A stretch of 64,000 nt of DNA from a virus. Made by a program: the position numbers and the translations under genes. The stretch covers positions 22,795 through 86,794 of IMG/VR virus record IMGVR_UViG_3300045988_039373; one strand, written 5' to 3'. Under the pieces are notes generated by a model, which saw nothing but the letters and a program-made list of their open reading frames with translations, made no database searches and was not told where the DNA came from. How positions within the stretch are numbered: position 1 is the stretch's first letter; the number at the start of each line of letters is the position of its first letter. This document shows, one piece after another, positions 1 through 9,006 of the stretch.

Positions 1-568
1 AGTCCGAACTTCTTTGGTGATAGCAAATGTGTAATACCTTTTCTCCTTTACCATTCTGACGGATAAGGAAGTCATAATACATAGAGCAGGGTATACGTCT
101 ACTACCATCATACCAATCGGTATCTAATCCGTCCATATCACCATTGAATATTGGTAATACTGCTTTACGAGTGTCATTATCGTCCTTCAGTAATCTTATC
201 AATGGTTTAATAACATGGATGATTCTCTCATTATAGGTATAATCAAATTTACCATTTACCAAGAACTGTTCCCATAAATCTTTTCTTAATTCCCAAGCTT
301 TACCTGGATTAATTATATCAGAGGTATCAATCCTTTCTTGGAACTCAGCATCTGCCCATTCCTTTGAATGTGAGAATACAAATAACCATACTGGGTCTCC
401 CAATGAAGTTAAGCAATATTGTTGGCAAATGAGTTCTTTAGTAATAAAATCCTCATTACCTTCAATCACTTTATTCTGATAGGTCTTTGGTTTTACAGTT
501 TGACCATAACTGTTGAGTTCTCTGCCCATTTCGGACATTAACTCAAAACTGTTAGAATATATCCTCAT
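1..568 (-). CDS. Thymidylate synthase (ThyA) family enzyme, C-terminus cut by the window edge. Could be a thymidylate synthase or a dNMP hydroxymethylase/methylase.
   Basis: Not in the ORF track because it is truncated. I translated it by hand from the ATG at 568-566: MRIYSNSFELMSEMG...DTRKAVLPIFN...RRIPCSMYYDFLIRQNGKGEKVLHICYHQRSSD. This matches the ThyA-family pattern (R-rich loop, catalytic P-C, YQRS-D block). Confidence 0.75.
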   Translation of the reverse strand, partial: MRIYSNSFELMSEMGRELNSYGQTVKPKTYQNKVIEGNEDFITKELICQQYCLTSLGDPVWLFVFSHSKEWADAEFQERIDTSDIINPGKAWELRKDLWEQFLVNGKFDYTYNERIIHVIKPLIRLLKDDNDTRKAVLPIFNGDMDGLDTDWYDGSRRIPCSMYYDFLIRQNGKGEKVLHICYHQRSSD

Positions 569-581
569 ATAATATAAATAT

Positions 582-776
582 TTAATTGTATGACATTGTA
601 GAACTAACCCAGGTCATATGCCAGTAGCGATATACAAAATCATCAAAATCCTCTACCTCTTTTAATAACAAGGGTATATCTGGTTCTCCCCCGTTCTTTT
701 TAATCTCAAAAACTTGGTAATAGAATTTGTTTACTAATCCTATACGCTTCTGATTTAAAAATTCCTTAGCTTCCAT
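582..776 (-). CDS. Hypothetical 64-aa protein between the two TS-fold genes
   Basis: ATG start verified at 776. Tightly packed in the operon, and its start overlaps the stop of the upstream gene. Confidence 0.5.
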   Translation of the reverse strand: MEAKEFLNQKRIGLVNKFYYQVFEIKKNGGEPDIPLLLKEVEDFDDFVYRYWHMTWVSSTMSYN

Positions 777-1686
777 TGTTCTTTTGTTTTAAAAGTTTCT
801 TTTTATAGGCTTTACGTTGAGAGTAAGAGATTACATTCTCCGGGTATTCTATATCCTCGTATTCAAGAAGTAATTCTTTTGCTTTCATTGATTTATATGT
901 TTCCTCATATAAATCTGGTCGAAGCACTTTAAAACTTCTAAAGAATACCTTGAATGAAGAAAATTCCTTCTCGGTACCATTTTGGAATTTTTTCCATATC
1001 TCTTTTATCCTCTTATTCCATGAATTCTCTTCTGCTCCCTTAAGTACCTTCTTCAAAGGTTTATGGGTATGATACATTAGAAGTGTCTCCACATTTCCGT
1101 ACATTTGAGTCGCAAATAGGTTGATTTGTACTGACTGGTCCGGCCCATATACGTACTCTGACATTCGTTGAATTAATAGGAAATCGAATATTAACCTCTT
1201 GGTAATCTCCGAAGCCCGAACTACCATTGTAATAACTGGGATGTCTTCCCCGAATCGTTTTGAAAAAGTCGCAGCTATTAGACATTGTTTACCGTTATCA
1301 TGGTGATTGTTAAACATATAAGTTATATTGTAATTCTGATTATACTTATTTCTCAGTACTCTCAGTTTACTACGCAACAAGTCAAGCTTATTAAAGTCTA
1401 TGTAGTTATTCAATAAGCTAGTCCACTTAGTTTCTTTATAATTGAAACATCTCCCATAATCAAATTCTGGGTCTACCCAGGCATTGCGTATCTTTATGAA
1501 TACGTTATACACTACTGCTACCCCACTATTGGCAATAGCCCCCTTTGCAAATAAAGCAGGCTCTAATCTTAGGAATCCCTCATTGAGTTTTTCCCATGCC
1601 TCTTGTGAAGTAGCAAATTCTAACGAATGGAGGGACTCCTCCGGATTAAGTTGAAGTCCCTCTAATTTATGGTTCCATCCTGACAT
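766..1686 (-). CDS. Highly divergent thymidylate-synthase-fold paralogue (possible dCMP-specific hydroxymethylase or methylase)
   Basis: Start re-set to the ATG at 1686 (MSGWNHKLEG...), directly after the TAG stop of the upstream gene at 1690-1688. Has a Cys block GKQCLIAATFSKR, then MVVRASEITKRLIFDFLLIQRMSEYV (aligns by eye to YQRSxDxxLGxPFNIASY), then INLFATQMYGN (aligns to GDxHxYxNH). Confidence 0.5.
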   Translation of the reverse strand: MSGWNHKLEGLQLNPEESLHSLEFATSQEAWEKLNEGFLRLEPALFAKGAIANSGVAVVYNVFIKIRNAWVDPEFDYGRCFNYKETKWTSLLNNYIDFNKLDLLRSKLRVLRNKYNQNYNITYMFNNHHDNGKQCLIAATFSKRFGEDIPVITMVVRASEITKRLIFDFLLIQRMSEYVYGPDQSVQINLFATQMYGNVETLLMYHTHKPLKKVLKGAEENSWNKRIKEIWKKFQNGTEKEFSSFKVFFRSFKVLRPDLYEETYKSMKAKELLLEYEDIEYPENVISYSQRKAYKKKLLKQKNNGS

Positions 1687-1687
1687 G

Positions 1688-2533
1688 CTAGTAATTAGTA
1701 TTTTGTCTCCATAAATTGAGACGTTGTTTTTTAAAGAATAAACTAAATAATCCACAAGGAGTAAACCCATTCATGGCTAAAAATCCCATATAGAGATAGA
1801 ATGACTTTACCAAAGATTCCTGAAAATCTATTTCTTTGGTCATCACTTGAGTTTGTTTCCAGGGTCTACATTTAAGGAAGTTCCTTGCTTTATTAAGTTC
1901 ATATATTACTTCCCATAAATATAGCTTCTCATTTTCATGAGATATCTCGCTCATTTCATGAAAACCTGGGGTATAAGAAACTATCTTATCATATTCTGCT
2001 CTATCTTCTCTTGCCCAATCAGTTGGACTTAGTATAGGGTATTTCCTTACACTTCGATGGTCTGGGTACTTGATGAGTAAGTCTTTGACTCCAATTGCCA
2101 TTACCTCAAATAAACTCTTTGCATCTTGGTATTTTAATATATCTTCTGGCAATATATTAGAATACAAAAGCAAAGTAAAGAAGAATCCCAAGGCATCTGC
2201 TTGTTCCTCATTTGCATTTGCTAGATGATTTAATACCTGAGTATATTCCTCTGAGGTTAAACAATCATTATTCCATCCATAATCACGATATATAGATACT
2301 ACTTCATCGGTAGATTCGAATCCTTCAGTTAACTCTTCAATAACTCTACCAATAAAATCCTTTAGAATAACTTGGCTCTTTGGATTATTTATATCTAATG
2401 GGTAATCTGGTAGCTTTTCTATGGATTTATACCCAGAGAATTGCTCTATCCCAAGAACATACATTTCTTGTAATATCCGTGCCTCAGTTTCTTCTACCTG
2501 AGGCACTTGTTCATTTATATTCCTGATGTCCAT
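1688..2533 (-). CDS. All-alpha NTP pyrophosphohydrolase (dimeric dUTPase / MazG-like family)
   Basis: Acidic metal-binding helices IEELTEGFES and NANEEQADALGF, plus a CRPWKQ motif typical of dimeric dUTPase-like enzymes. ATG verified at 2533. Confidence 0.5.
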   Translation of the reverse strand: MDIRNINEQVPQVEETEARILQEMYVLGIEQFSGYKSIEKLPDYPLDINNPKSQVILKDFIGRVIEELTEGFESTDEVVSIYRDYGWNNDCLTSEEYTQVLNHLANANEEQADALGFFFTLLLYSNILPEDILKYQDAKSLFEVMAIGVKDLLIKYPDHRSVRKYPILSPTDWAREDRAEYDKIVSYTPGFHEMSEISHENEKLYLWEVIYELNKARNFLKCRPWKQTQVMTKEIDFQESLVKSFYLYMGFLAMNGFTPCGLFSLFFKKQRLNLWRQNTNY

Positions 2534-2535
2534 GA

Positions 2536-3075
2536 TTATTTACTTCCTGATGAACCAAAACCATTCCCTCCTCTACTTCCCCACATCTGGGATTCAGTAT
2601 AAAATTCCTCTTGTTGAATCTCTTCTGGTTCAGTAATATAGATAGGTACATGAATAAATTGTACCAGCTTCTGGCCAGCCTCAATAACCTGGGCTTCTTG
2701 AGAAGTGTTGTATACTCCAATGTGTATCTCTCCAACATAGGGAGAATCTACTATCTCGGCAGTAAAGATTAACCCTTTCTTAGTAGCTATACCAGATTTG
2801 TTTGCTGCCATTAACATAGATGCAGGAGGTTCTAGCAAACCTTTGATACCTGATGGGATAAGTATACGATGACCTGGTTTTAAAGCTATATGCCTTACGA
2901 ATGATTCACTAAAGGGTATATCCAAATCATATCCTCCTGAATCAAATTCATTCTTAGAGTGGATATCCTCTGAAGTCAAGTTGGTTGGTACATAAAAATC
3001 TAACCCAGCATCATTTGGGTTTGCTCTGTTGGGAGATACTACCTCCCTTACTTTGATAAATCTAAATCTGTTCAT
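2536..3075 (-). CDS. dut: Trimeric dUTP pyrophosphatase
   Basis: Classical dUTPase motifs: AGLDFYVP, NKSGIATKKGLI, IVDSPYVGEIHIGVYN, GQKLVQF, and C-terminal RGGNGFGSSG. Confidence 0.9.
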   Translation of the reverse strand: MNRFRFIKVREVVSPNRANPNDAGLDFYVPTNLTSEDIHSKNEFDSGGYDLDIPFSESFVRHIALKPGHRILIPSGIKGLLEPPASMLMAANKSGIATKKGLIFTAEIVDSPYVGEIHIGVYNTSQEAQVIEAGQKLVQFIHVPIYITEPEEIQQEEFYTESQMWGSRGGNGFGSSGSK

Positions 3076-3278
3076 AATATATTACATTTACGTAAAAGTT
3101 GTCCAAAGGTTAATTTCTCGGGTCTAGAAACATGTACTCCCAATGAATTACACATTCTAATTACATCGGTAGAACCTTCCATACACAAATTAGCAAGTAC
3201 ATCACTTTGCTTTACAAAATAGTTTGGGTTGTTAAGGTATACCTTGAACATAGCCCATATCATCTCTATTGGTTTCAT
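3072..3278 (-). CDS. Hypothetical protein (68 aa)
   Basis: ATG verified. Start and stop overlap the neighbouring genes. Confidence 0.5.
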   Translation of the reverse strand: MKPIEMIWAMFKVYLNNPNYFVKQSDVLANLCMEGSTDVIRMCNSLGVHVSRPEKLTFGQLLRKCNIL

Positions 3279-3661
3279 TATTTAATACACTCTTTATAAA
3301 GTTCTCTAATACGTTTTCTAGGTACTTCAAATTTCTCAACGGTTTTGGTAATAACCTCTTTTCTGTCTTTCCCTTTCCGAATCAAGCCTCGGATGTATTT
3401 CTTGATACCAACCGTATCTTCTAATACATCCAAATCCTTGTATTGATTCTTCTGTTCTAGCTCTTTCCTTGTGATATTCAAGTTCTGAGACATCTTGAAT
3501 GCACATAATTCTGAGTCTCCGCATAGCTTACACTCTTTAGTTGATAGGTCATACCCAATACCGAAGCAAGGGTCTCCATTAGTTCCCAGAGTACTAACAT
3601 CTATGGGAGTAAGGATATCTTGCTTCGATAAGTCAGGAAGTTGTTTCTTTTTCTTAGCCAT
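3278..3661 (-). CDS. Hypothetical basic protein with a Cys cluster (127 aa)
   Basis: ORF with a verified ATG. Contains CFGIGY...CKLCGDSELC and a Lys/Arg-rich C-terminus. Confidence 0.55.
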   Translation of the reverse strand: MAKKKKQLPDLSKQDILTPIDVSTLGTNGDPCFGIGYDLSTKECKLCGDSELCAFKMSQNLNITRKELEQKNQYKDLDVLEDTVGIKKYIRGLIRKGKDRKEVITKTVEKFEVPRKRIRELYKECIK

Positions 3662-3679
3662 TATAGGTCTTTTTTATGT

Positions 3680-3985
3680 TTATAAATAAATGTATATTTC
3701 ACTGTTATCTTCTATGGGAACATAGGAATAACCGATGTTATTAATAAATAGTTCCCTGAGTTTATATAATTCTTGGTATGAATTTCTATCATGGCTCTCT
3801 TGACATACTTTGACTACCATACCATTACTCCAGTACAAACAAAAGAAATGAGTAAAGCATTCGGGAGTATTTTGAGAAGTTTCCAAGCTTGATATCCATA
3901 TCAAATCTCTACAGTTGAATACATGTTTAGGATTATGTACCTCCCCAACAACAAGAGATTTAAACCATTCCCTAATCTTCTTCAT
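3680..3985 (-). CDS. Hypothetical protein
   Basis: The track ORF 3680-4102 overlaps the next gene heavily. The internal ATGs at 3988 and 3985 (MMKKIREWF...) give a compact arrangement. Confidence 0.4.
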   Translation of the reverse strand: MKKIREWFKSLVVGEVHNPKHVFNCRDLIWISSLETSQNTPECFTHFFCLYWSNGMVVKVCQESHDRNSYQELYKLRELFINNIGYSYVPIEDNSEIYIYL

Positions 3986-4178
3986 CATAAGTGTAATTAA
4001 TGTGTTTACAATTGGGACAGACCCATTCTTTGAAAGGCCATCCCTTAATTTCCAAATCCTTTTTATGAAAACGTTTCTTACATGAATGACATTGATAGCC
4101 ATCCTTAGAAAGTATGAAGTCTAAAGCGAGTATTATTATCATAATAACAACCGCTGTAATTAAAATATATTTCTCCAT
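3972..4178 (-). CDS. Membrane-anchored zinc-ribbon protein
   Basis: The track start at 4181 is GTG, and an ATG lies at 4178. N-terminal TM helix ILITAVVIMIIILALDFIL, then CHSCKK...CPNCKH. Confidence 0.5.
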   Translation of the reverse strand: MEKYILITAVVIMIIILALDFILSKDGYQCHSCKKRFHKKDLEIKGWPFKEWVCPNCKHINYTYDEED

Positions 4179-4345
4179 CACTGAAAGCCTTTGATTTTCT
4201 TTTTAGTGTTATTGGGTTTCCTTAAAAGTACCCAGCAATAAATACCGGATGCAGAGATTTGGATTATCTTCCAACCATCTGATAATAGAGTAGTTAGTTT
4301 AGTATCATCCTCATCTCTGATACATATTAGTTTATCATTATTCAT
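4178..4345 (-). CDS. Small hypothetical ORF (55 aa, below the ORF-track cutoff)
   Basis: Hand translation from the ATG at 4345: MNNDKLICIRDEDDTKLTTLLSDGWKIIQISASGIYCWVLLRKPNNTKKKIKGFQ. Its TGA overlaps the next ATG (TGATG). Confidence 0.3.
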   Translation of the reverse strand: MNNDKLICIRDEDDTKLTTLLSDGWKIIQISASGIYCWVLLRKPNNTKKKIKGFQ

Positions 4346-4420
4346 AATGCCTATATGCTTATTAATTGTAATCTTCTTTTCCTCCTACGGAGAAAAAGTA
4401 AATACTCATAGTACTTCTAG

Positions 4421-5908
4421 TTAACTCTTAATAAGGCTATGGTTAGGATGTTTCTTCCATAGCTTATCTAACAATATTACTTTCAATTCTTGTCTCTGAT
4501 AATATTGCTTCCTATGCTTACCATGCCTATCTAAATAAGGGCCAGGATAATGAAGGTCATCCAGGTATACTTTCTTTTTCGATTTATCGGTTCTTACCAA
4601 ACGACCAAGAAACTGAATAGATTTTTCCTGACTATCCATGCTTGCTGCATTAAGTAAATACCTAAGCTTAGGAAAGTTTTTACCTCGAGCAATGATTGTA
4701 GTTGATACCAAGATATCTATTTTGCCTTCCCTAAAATCCATCATTATTTGTTGTCTTAACTTAGAGGGAGTATTAACATGCACATAGGCAATATTATAGG
4801 CATCGCCCAGTTTCTTTTTAAAGAACTTATATAGATTTTCACAATGTGCAATATGCTTGCATACTACAAGAGCAGGATATCTACCTTGATTAATATTCCA
4901 TCGTAATCGATTATAAGCCATGGTCCACGCGGTATTATTTTCGGTAATAGAATCATCATATATCTCCTTATAGGATATACAATCAGATTCCCAATTACCA
5001 TACCAAGGTTTACCGGGTACCATCTTTACGATAGTTTTAGTTGAGTAACCCTTCTTGATGGAATCCTTAAGTTTAAACTCAGCAATCACTTTACCAAAGA
5101 AACATTCTAGGTTCATATTCTTAACCCTATCCTTAGCAAGCTTACTCATATAAATCGTACCAGATAATCCTATACGAATTCTGGTATTAAATAACCGAGT
5201 GATTACATTCTGATATTGCTTACTACCTCCTTGGTCAGCCTCATCTATAAGTACCATATCTATTTGAGATAATTCCTTTTGATAGAATCTCATATTTCTC
5301 GAAATAGATTGAACCATACCTATAGTAAAGTTACTCCAGTTTAAAACCTTGCCTTGAACAAAAGTGATATCTTCTCCGGGAAGATATTGCTTAAATTCTT
5401 CTCTAGCTTGATTTAACCAATCCGAATCATTAGTTATTAGCAAAGTCTTTAACTGCTTCTTATAGGATAAATATAAAGACGACATGATAAGTGTTTTACC
5501 TGCATTAACAGTGTAATCTAATACGCCAATATGAAAAGGTGTATTCCCTATCTTATTATTGATAACTGCCTTAACAGCTTTCTCTTGCTCTGGTCTTAAT
5601 TTATATTTGCCTATATTCGTAACTACTTTACTGACTTTAGGTAAAGGTTGTCTCATATCTACAACTTTAGGTTTAATCCCCATCTCAATACACATATCGT
5701 ATACTTTGGGAAGTAAACCTATTTTAAATTGCCCAGTCTTGGTGATGTAATGAATCTTACCGTCCCAATTCTGCATACCTCTTTGCCTTGTACGTAAGTA
5801 GAAAGCATTTGGATGTCGAATAGCGAACTCATTATAAAGTTTTTGTGCGAACTTAAGAGGTAAGTCGAGTTCGCACATATTCCCATTCTGTATGATTATC
5901 CTACTCAT
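4421..5908 (-). CDS. Superfamily-2 DNA helicase (DEAD/ResIII, UvsW-like)
   Basis: Walker A VNAGKTLIM, DEAD box LIDEAD, motif III LSGT, motif VI TTIIARGKNFP. Confidence 0.8.
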   Translation of the reverse strand: MSRIIIQNGNMCELDLPLKFAQKLYNEFAIRHPNAFYLRTRQRGMQNWDGKIHYITKTGQFKIGLLPKVYDMCIEMGIKPKVVDMRQPLPKVSKVVTNIGKYKLRPEQEKAVKAVINNKIGNTPFHIGVLDYTVNAGKTLIMSSLYLSYKKQLKTLLITNDSDWLNQAREEFKQYLPGEDITFVQGKVLNWSNFTIGMVQSISRNMRFYQKELSQIDMVLIDEADQGGSKQYQNVITRLFNTRIRIGLSGTIYMSKLAKDRVKNMNLECFFGKVIAEFKLKDSIKKGYSTKTIVKMVPGKPWYGNWESDCISYKEIYDDSITENNTAWTMAYNRLRWNINQGRYPALVVCKHIAHCENLYKFFKKKLGDAYNIAYVHVNTPSKLRQQIMMDFREGKIDILVSTTIIARGKNFPKLRYLLNAASMDSQEKSIQFLGRLVRTDKSKKKVYLDDLHYPGPYLDRHGKHRKQYYQRQELKVILLDKLWKKHPNHSLIKS

Positions 5909-6492
5909 TTGATAATTACCGTTACACCCTTAGTAGATTTATCCATACCCATTGCTTCCTTGAGAAGTTTAATATGATGCTCCTCATCCGCAATCAATTT
6001 CTCAAGGAAATAATTCACGTCATCGTAATCTGGGCGTTCTTCGTATTGAGCAATTGCTCTTTGAATTTTCTTGTAGTGACCAATAGTTTCTATCTCGGAA
6101 TTCAAAGCAATCTTTAAAGCTTGTTCCCAAGTAGAACCAATCTCAATCGTAGGATTAATATTCATGGTAGAGTAATCCTCATAGGGATCTGCCTTTTGTA
6201 AAAAGTCCGATATCTTATCAAGGTGTCTCATCTCTACCAAACCAATACCCAACATCAATTCTGATATTTCTTCAAATCTAGAAGACTGTTGGGTATACAT
6301 AATGATGGCACTTAGTTCTGAGAACTTGGCATTCTTCCAAATCACATAGAACATATTAATTATCTCATCAGGCCATGGTTCGATATCCTTAAAATCTGGA
6401 TAATCCACGGATTGGTCTGAATACTTGAGGACATCTATAAAAGCATTAGCTGCATCCTCTACTCTGTTTCCGAAAAATTGTAAACCTTTCAT
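5905..6492 (-). CDS. Ferritin-like di-iron four-helix-bundle protein
   Basis: Two ExxH motifs (VEMRHL and DEEHHIKLL), each preceded by a spaced Glu (FSELSA, NSEIETIGHY). Confidence 0.5.
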   Translation of the reverse strand: MKGLQFFGNRVEDAANAFIDVLKYSDQSVDYPDFKDIEPWPDEIINMFYVIWKNAKFSELSAIIMYTQQSSRFEEISELMLGIGLVEMRHLDKISDFLQKADPYEDYSTMNINPTIEIGSTWEQALKIALNSEIETIGHYKKIQRAIAQYEERPDYDDVNYFLEKLIADEEHHIKLLKEAMGMDKSTKGVTVIIK

Positions 6493-6493
6493 A

Positions 6494-7315
6494 TCATTTT
6501 CTTATTTTATCCCAAAGGGAACCTTCAACTTCTGGTTCACCTTCAAGTAGTTGTTTATTCTTATATTTATATAAATACTTATTGTATCTTTCAATTGCTT
6601 TATCCGTATACATTTGTGCAATATCCGGTAACCCATTGCACCATGCAAGAGATTCAAACTGAGCATCGATGAAGGTCTTATAATTCCAGCCCTCCTCTTT
6701 TAGGAATTCACCTACCTTTGCAAAGTGTACATACTTCTCGGGTTGATTTTCATAAGACTCATATATACCAGTTGCCTTAGCAATCTTACCTATGAAATAA
6801 TCATGTATCTCTTTAGTAAGTTCTAAATCTGAATGTTGTAATTCTATCTCAGCATCTATCTGATTAGTAATGTTCTCCTGCATGGATAATAACCTTTGCA
6901 TAACATTACGATAATCAGTCATCCTCTTTAACCCAGTCTCAATGTATTTAATAAAACCTTCCCGGGTATCAAATTTGAAATCTTCACAGAAGTTATTACA
7001 TACTTCTGCAAGCTTTTTACAATTTGCCCATTCCCGAGAATTACTTTCATTTATTTTACGAACCCCTCTATGCTTTAACTTTATACGAGTTGCATATAAA
7101 ATATCAGCAACAAGGGCAGCATCCCCCTTAGATGCTAGTAAAATGTTATTAACTCGCTTAGTATTCTTATTGTTAGAAACTAAGACTGCTCTATGATTTA
7201 TTGCCTCCTTTCGAGCAATAACAAAAAAAGCCTCAACTGGGAAATTATCTACCTCTAGGGTATTTAATATTTCCTCAAATTGAGACTTAGTTATATGGAT
7301 AGATGGTTCACGCAT
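6494..7315 (-). CDS. Hypothetical replication-module protein (273 aa)
   Basis: Long ORF with a verified ATG, between the ferritin-like gene and the primase. No motif recognised. Confidence 0.6.
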   Translation of the reverse strand: MREPSIHITKSQFEEILNTLEVDNFPVEAFFVIARKEAINHRAVLVSNNKNTKRVNNILLASKGDAALVADILYATRIKLKHRGVRKINESNSREWANCKKLAEVCNNFCEDFKFDTREGFIKYIETGLKRMTDYRNVMQRLLSMQENITNQIDAEIELQHSDLELTKEIHDYFIGKIAKATGIYESYENQPEKYVHFAKVGEFLKEEGWNYKTFIDAQFESLAWCNGLPDIAQMYTDKAIERYNKYLYKYKNKQLLEGEPEVEGSLWDKIRK

Positions 7316-7348
7316 AAATATATTATTTTATAATATAATAGGAACTCC

Positions 7349-8302
7349 CTATTTCAATGAGTTTCTGATTGATATCAATTCTTGATAACTTTGGTACCTG
7401 GTAGCATATACTAGCTTAAGTGTCTGACTTCTCCCTAAATCATTTACGTCTTTTCCGTCTGGTAAAAACACCACCTTGACTTTTTTATATGCAACAAGCT
7501 TGAGAGCCAAGTTGATGGCATATTCTTTTGCGTCTGGGTCCAACAATATAATAAATCTTTCGCATTGGGATTTAAGTAACTCATTGACTTGGAATGCAGA
7601 TATAGCTTTGCCCATTGTGGCAATTGCTCTATCCCCAATTGTGAGAGCATTAAGTGCCCCTTCGCAAATGAATACCGACCGATACATCTCCAACGCATCA
7701 TGATTAAAGATGATAAATTGTTTTCCCAAACCGGTGATGTCTTTGTCTGGGTTATTATATCTGGGTCCTTTGCCAATAACATTTCGAGCATTGTAATACC
7801 TAAGTTGTCCTCGATAATAAAACGGGATGATAAGGTACCCATATGTCGTACCCATTGTTCCATATCCGATACCACATCTTGAAAACTTCTCGAGGTTAAA
7901 GCCGCGTTTCTTGATATATCCACGAATGCTTTTTGCAAGTTGGCTGTCTCCGAGCGAAATATTTCTAAATCCATCTGGGAGATATACGGGCTTACTTTCG
8001 GCAAGTTCGATTTTCTCTTCCTTAAACTGTAGTTCATCAAATTGGCCATTGTTCAAAAAATTAATTAGTTCATGGTACTCAGTAAATCCTTCTATATCCA
8101 TTATTAGTTGAGCAGGAGAAGGATGGGCATTACATCTAAAACAATTGGTTCTATACATAGAAAGGTTAACTCCCAACTTATGTTCTCTCCCACAATAGGG
8201 GCAAGTTGGTATACGCATCCAGCCATGCCGGTAATCGTAACCTCCCAATCGTTTAATAAAGTATGTCCTTAGTCTAGATTTAAACTGATTGGTTATTTTC
8301 AT
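7349..8302 (-). CDS. DNA primase (zinc finger + TOPRIM)
   Basis: Zinc finger CPYCGREHKL...CFRCNAH. TOPRIM Glu in VFICEGALNALT and DxD in ILLDPDAKEY. Confidence 0.8.
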   Translation of the reverse strand: MKITNQFKSRLRTYFIKRLGGYDYRHGWMRIPTCPYCGREHKLGVNLSMYRTNCFRCNAHPSPAQLIMDIEGFTEYHELINFLNNGQFDELQFKEEKIELAESKPVYLPDGFRNISLGDSQLAKSIRGYIKKRGFNLEKFSRCGIGYGTMGTTYGYLIIPFYYRGQLRYYNARNVIGKGPRYNNPDKDITGLGKQFIIFNHDALEMYRSVFICEGALNALTIGDRAIATMGKAISAFQVNELLKSQCERFIILLDPDAKEYAINLALKLVAYKKVKVVFLPDGKDVNDLGRSQTLKLVYATRYQSYQELISIRNSLK

Positions 8303-8424
8303 ACTCTCTTATAGCTTTCCTAATTACTTTTCGAAGTTTCTTTAAATCCTCTAAATCTAAATCATTGATACAAGTTGTTTGCCAACCATTATGAGATATT
8401 TCTAAAGCTACCCCATCAGACCAT

Positions 8425-9006
8425 CTATCTTTTACTACCTCTACTTTCTTTGTTTTCATAACTGTTATTTAATATATTACGAATTACCCTATCACCAACT
8501 CCAAATCTCTTTCCTAGAACCCTTAATAAAGTTTTGTTTACTTTCCATTTAGTAAACCCTAATTGGATTAGTTCAGATAGTAATGTATTATAATAAGCTT
8601 TTACTTTAGGTATATCATTTAAGTTTAATTTACGATGTATATTATCCTTACCCATTACTGAAATCAGATTATTACCATCCCTGATAGATTGGTATACATT
8701 TTCTTTCTGGGTACCCCATTTTAGATTCTTATAATAATTATTATAAATATCGTTATCTAAGTGCATTACTACAGGTAAATTATTGGGGTTAGGTACATAA
8801 ACAGTAGCTACTAATCTGTGAACAAAAATCTTTGTAGACTTACCATCCCTATAAAGGGATACACTATAGTATTTGGGACGTTTCTTTGGTATTAGTGGGG
8901 TAAACTCATTACTTAATTTACCCCTACTTCCTCGGACATATCTTGAATATACGCTCCCAGTTTTAGAAACGTAGTATCCCATAAATCCTGGTATATTATC
9001 TTTCAT
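8425..9006 (-). CDS. HNH homing endonuclease (NUMOD4-like N-terminus + HNH_3-like core)
   Basis: IPGFMGYYVSKTGSVYS at the N-terminus and VMHLDNDIYNNYYKNLKWGTQKEN. Free-standing between the primase and helicase genes. Confidence 0.8.
   Translation of the reverse strand: MKDNIPGFMGYYVSKTGSVYSRYVRGSRGKLSNEFTPLIPKKRPKYYSVSLYRDGKSTKIFVHRLVATVYVPNPNNLPVVMHLDNDIYNNYYKNLKWGTQKENVYQSIRDGNNLISVMGKDNIHRKLNLNDIPKVKAYYNTLLSELIQLGFTKWKVNKTLLRVLGKRFGVGDRVIRNILNNSYENKESRGSKR

Noticed and set aside
4346-4420. Hairpin CTTTTCCTCC-tac-GGAGAAAAAG downstream of the SF2 helicase gene as a terminator
   Set aside because: The stem is imperfect, there is no T-tract on the transcribed strand, and the genes on both sides look co-transcribed. 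It is too weak to call.
7444-8049. 201-aa minus-strand ORF, and several plus-strand ORFs (7476-8111), overlapping the primase gene
   Set aside because: They lie entirely inside the primase CDS, which has clear zinc-finger and TOPRIM motifs. Their sequences are low-complexity, shadow-frame type.
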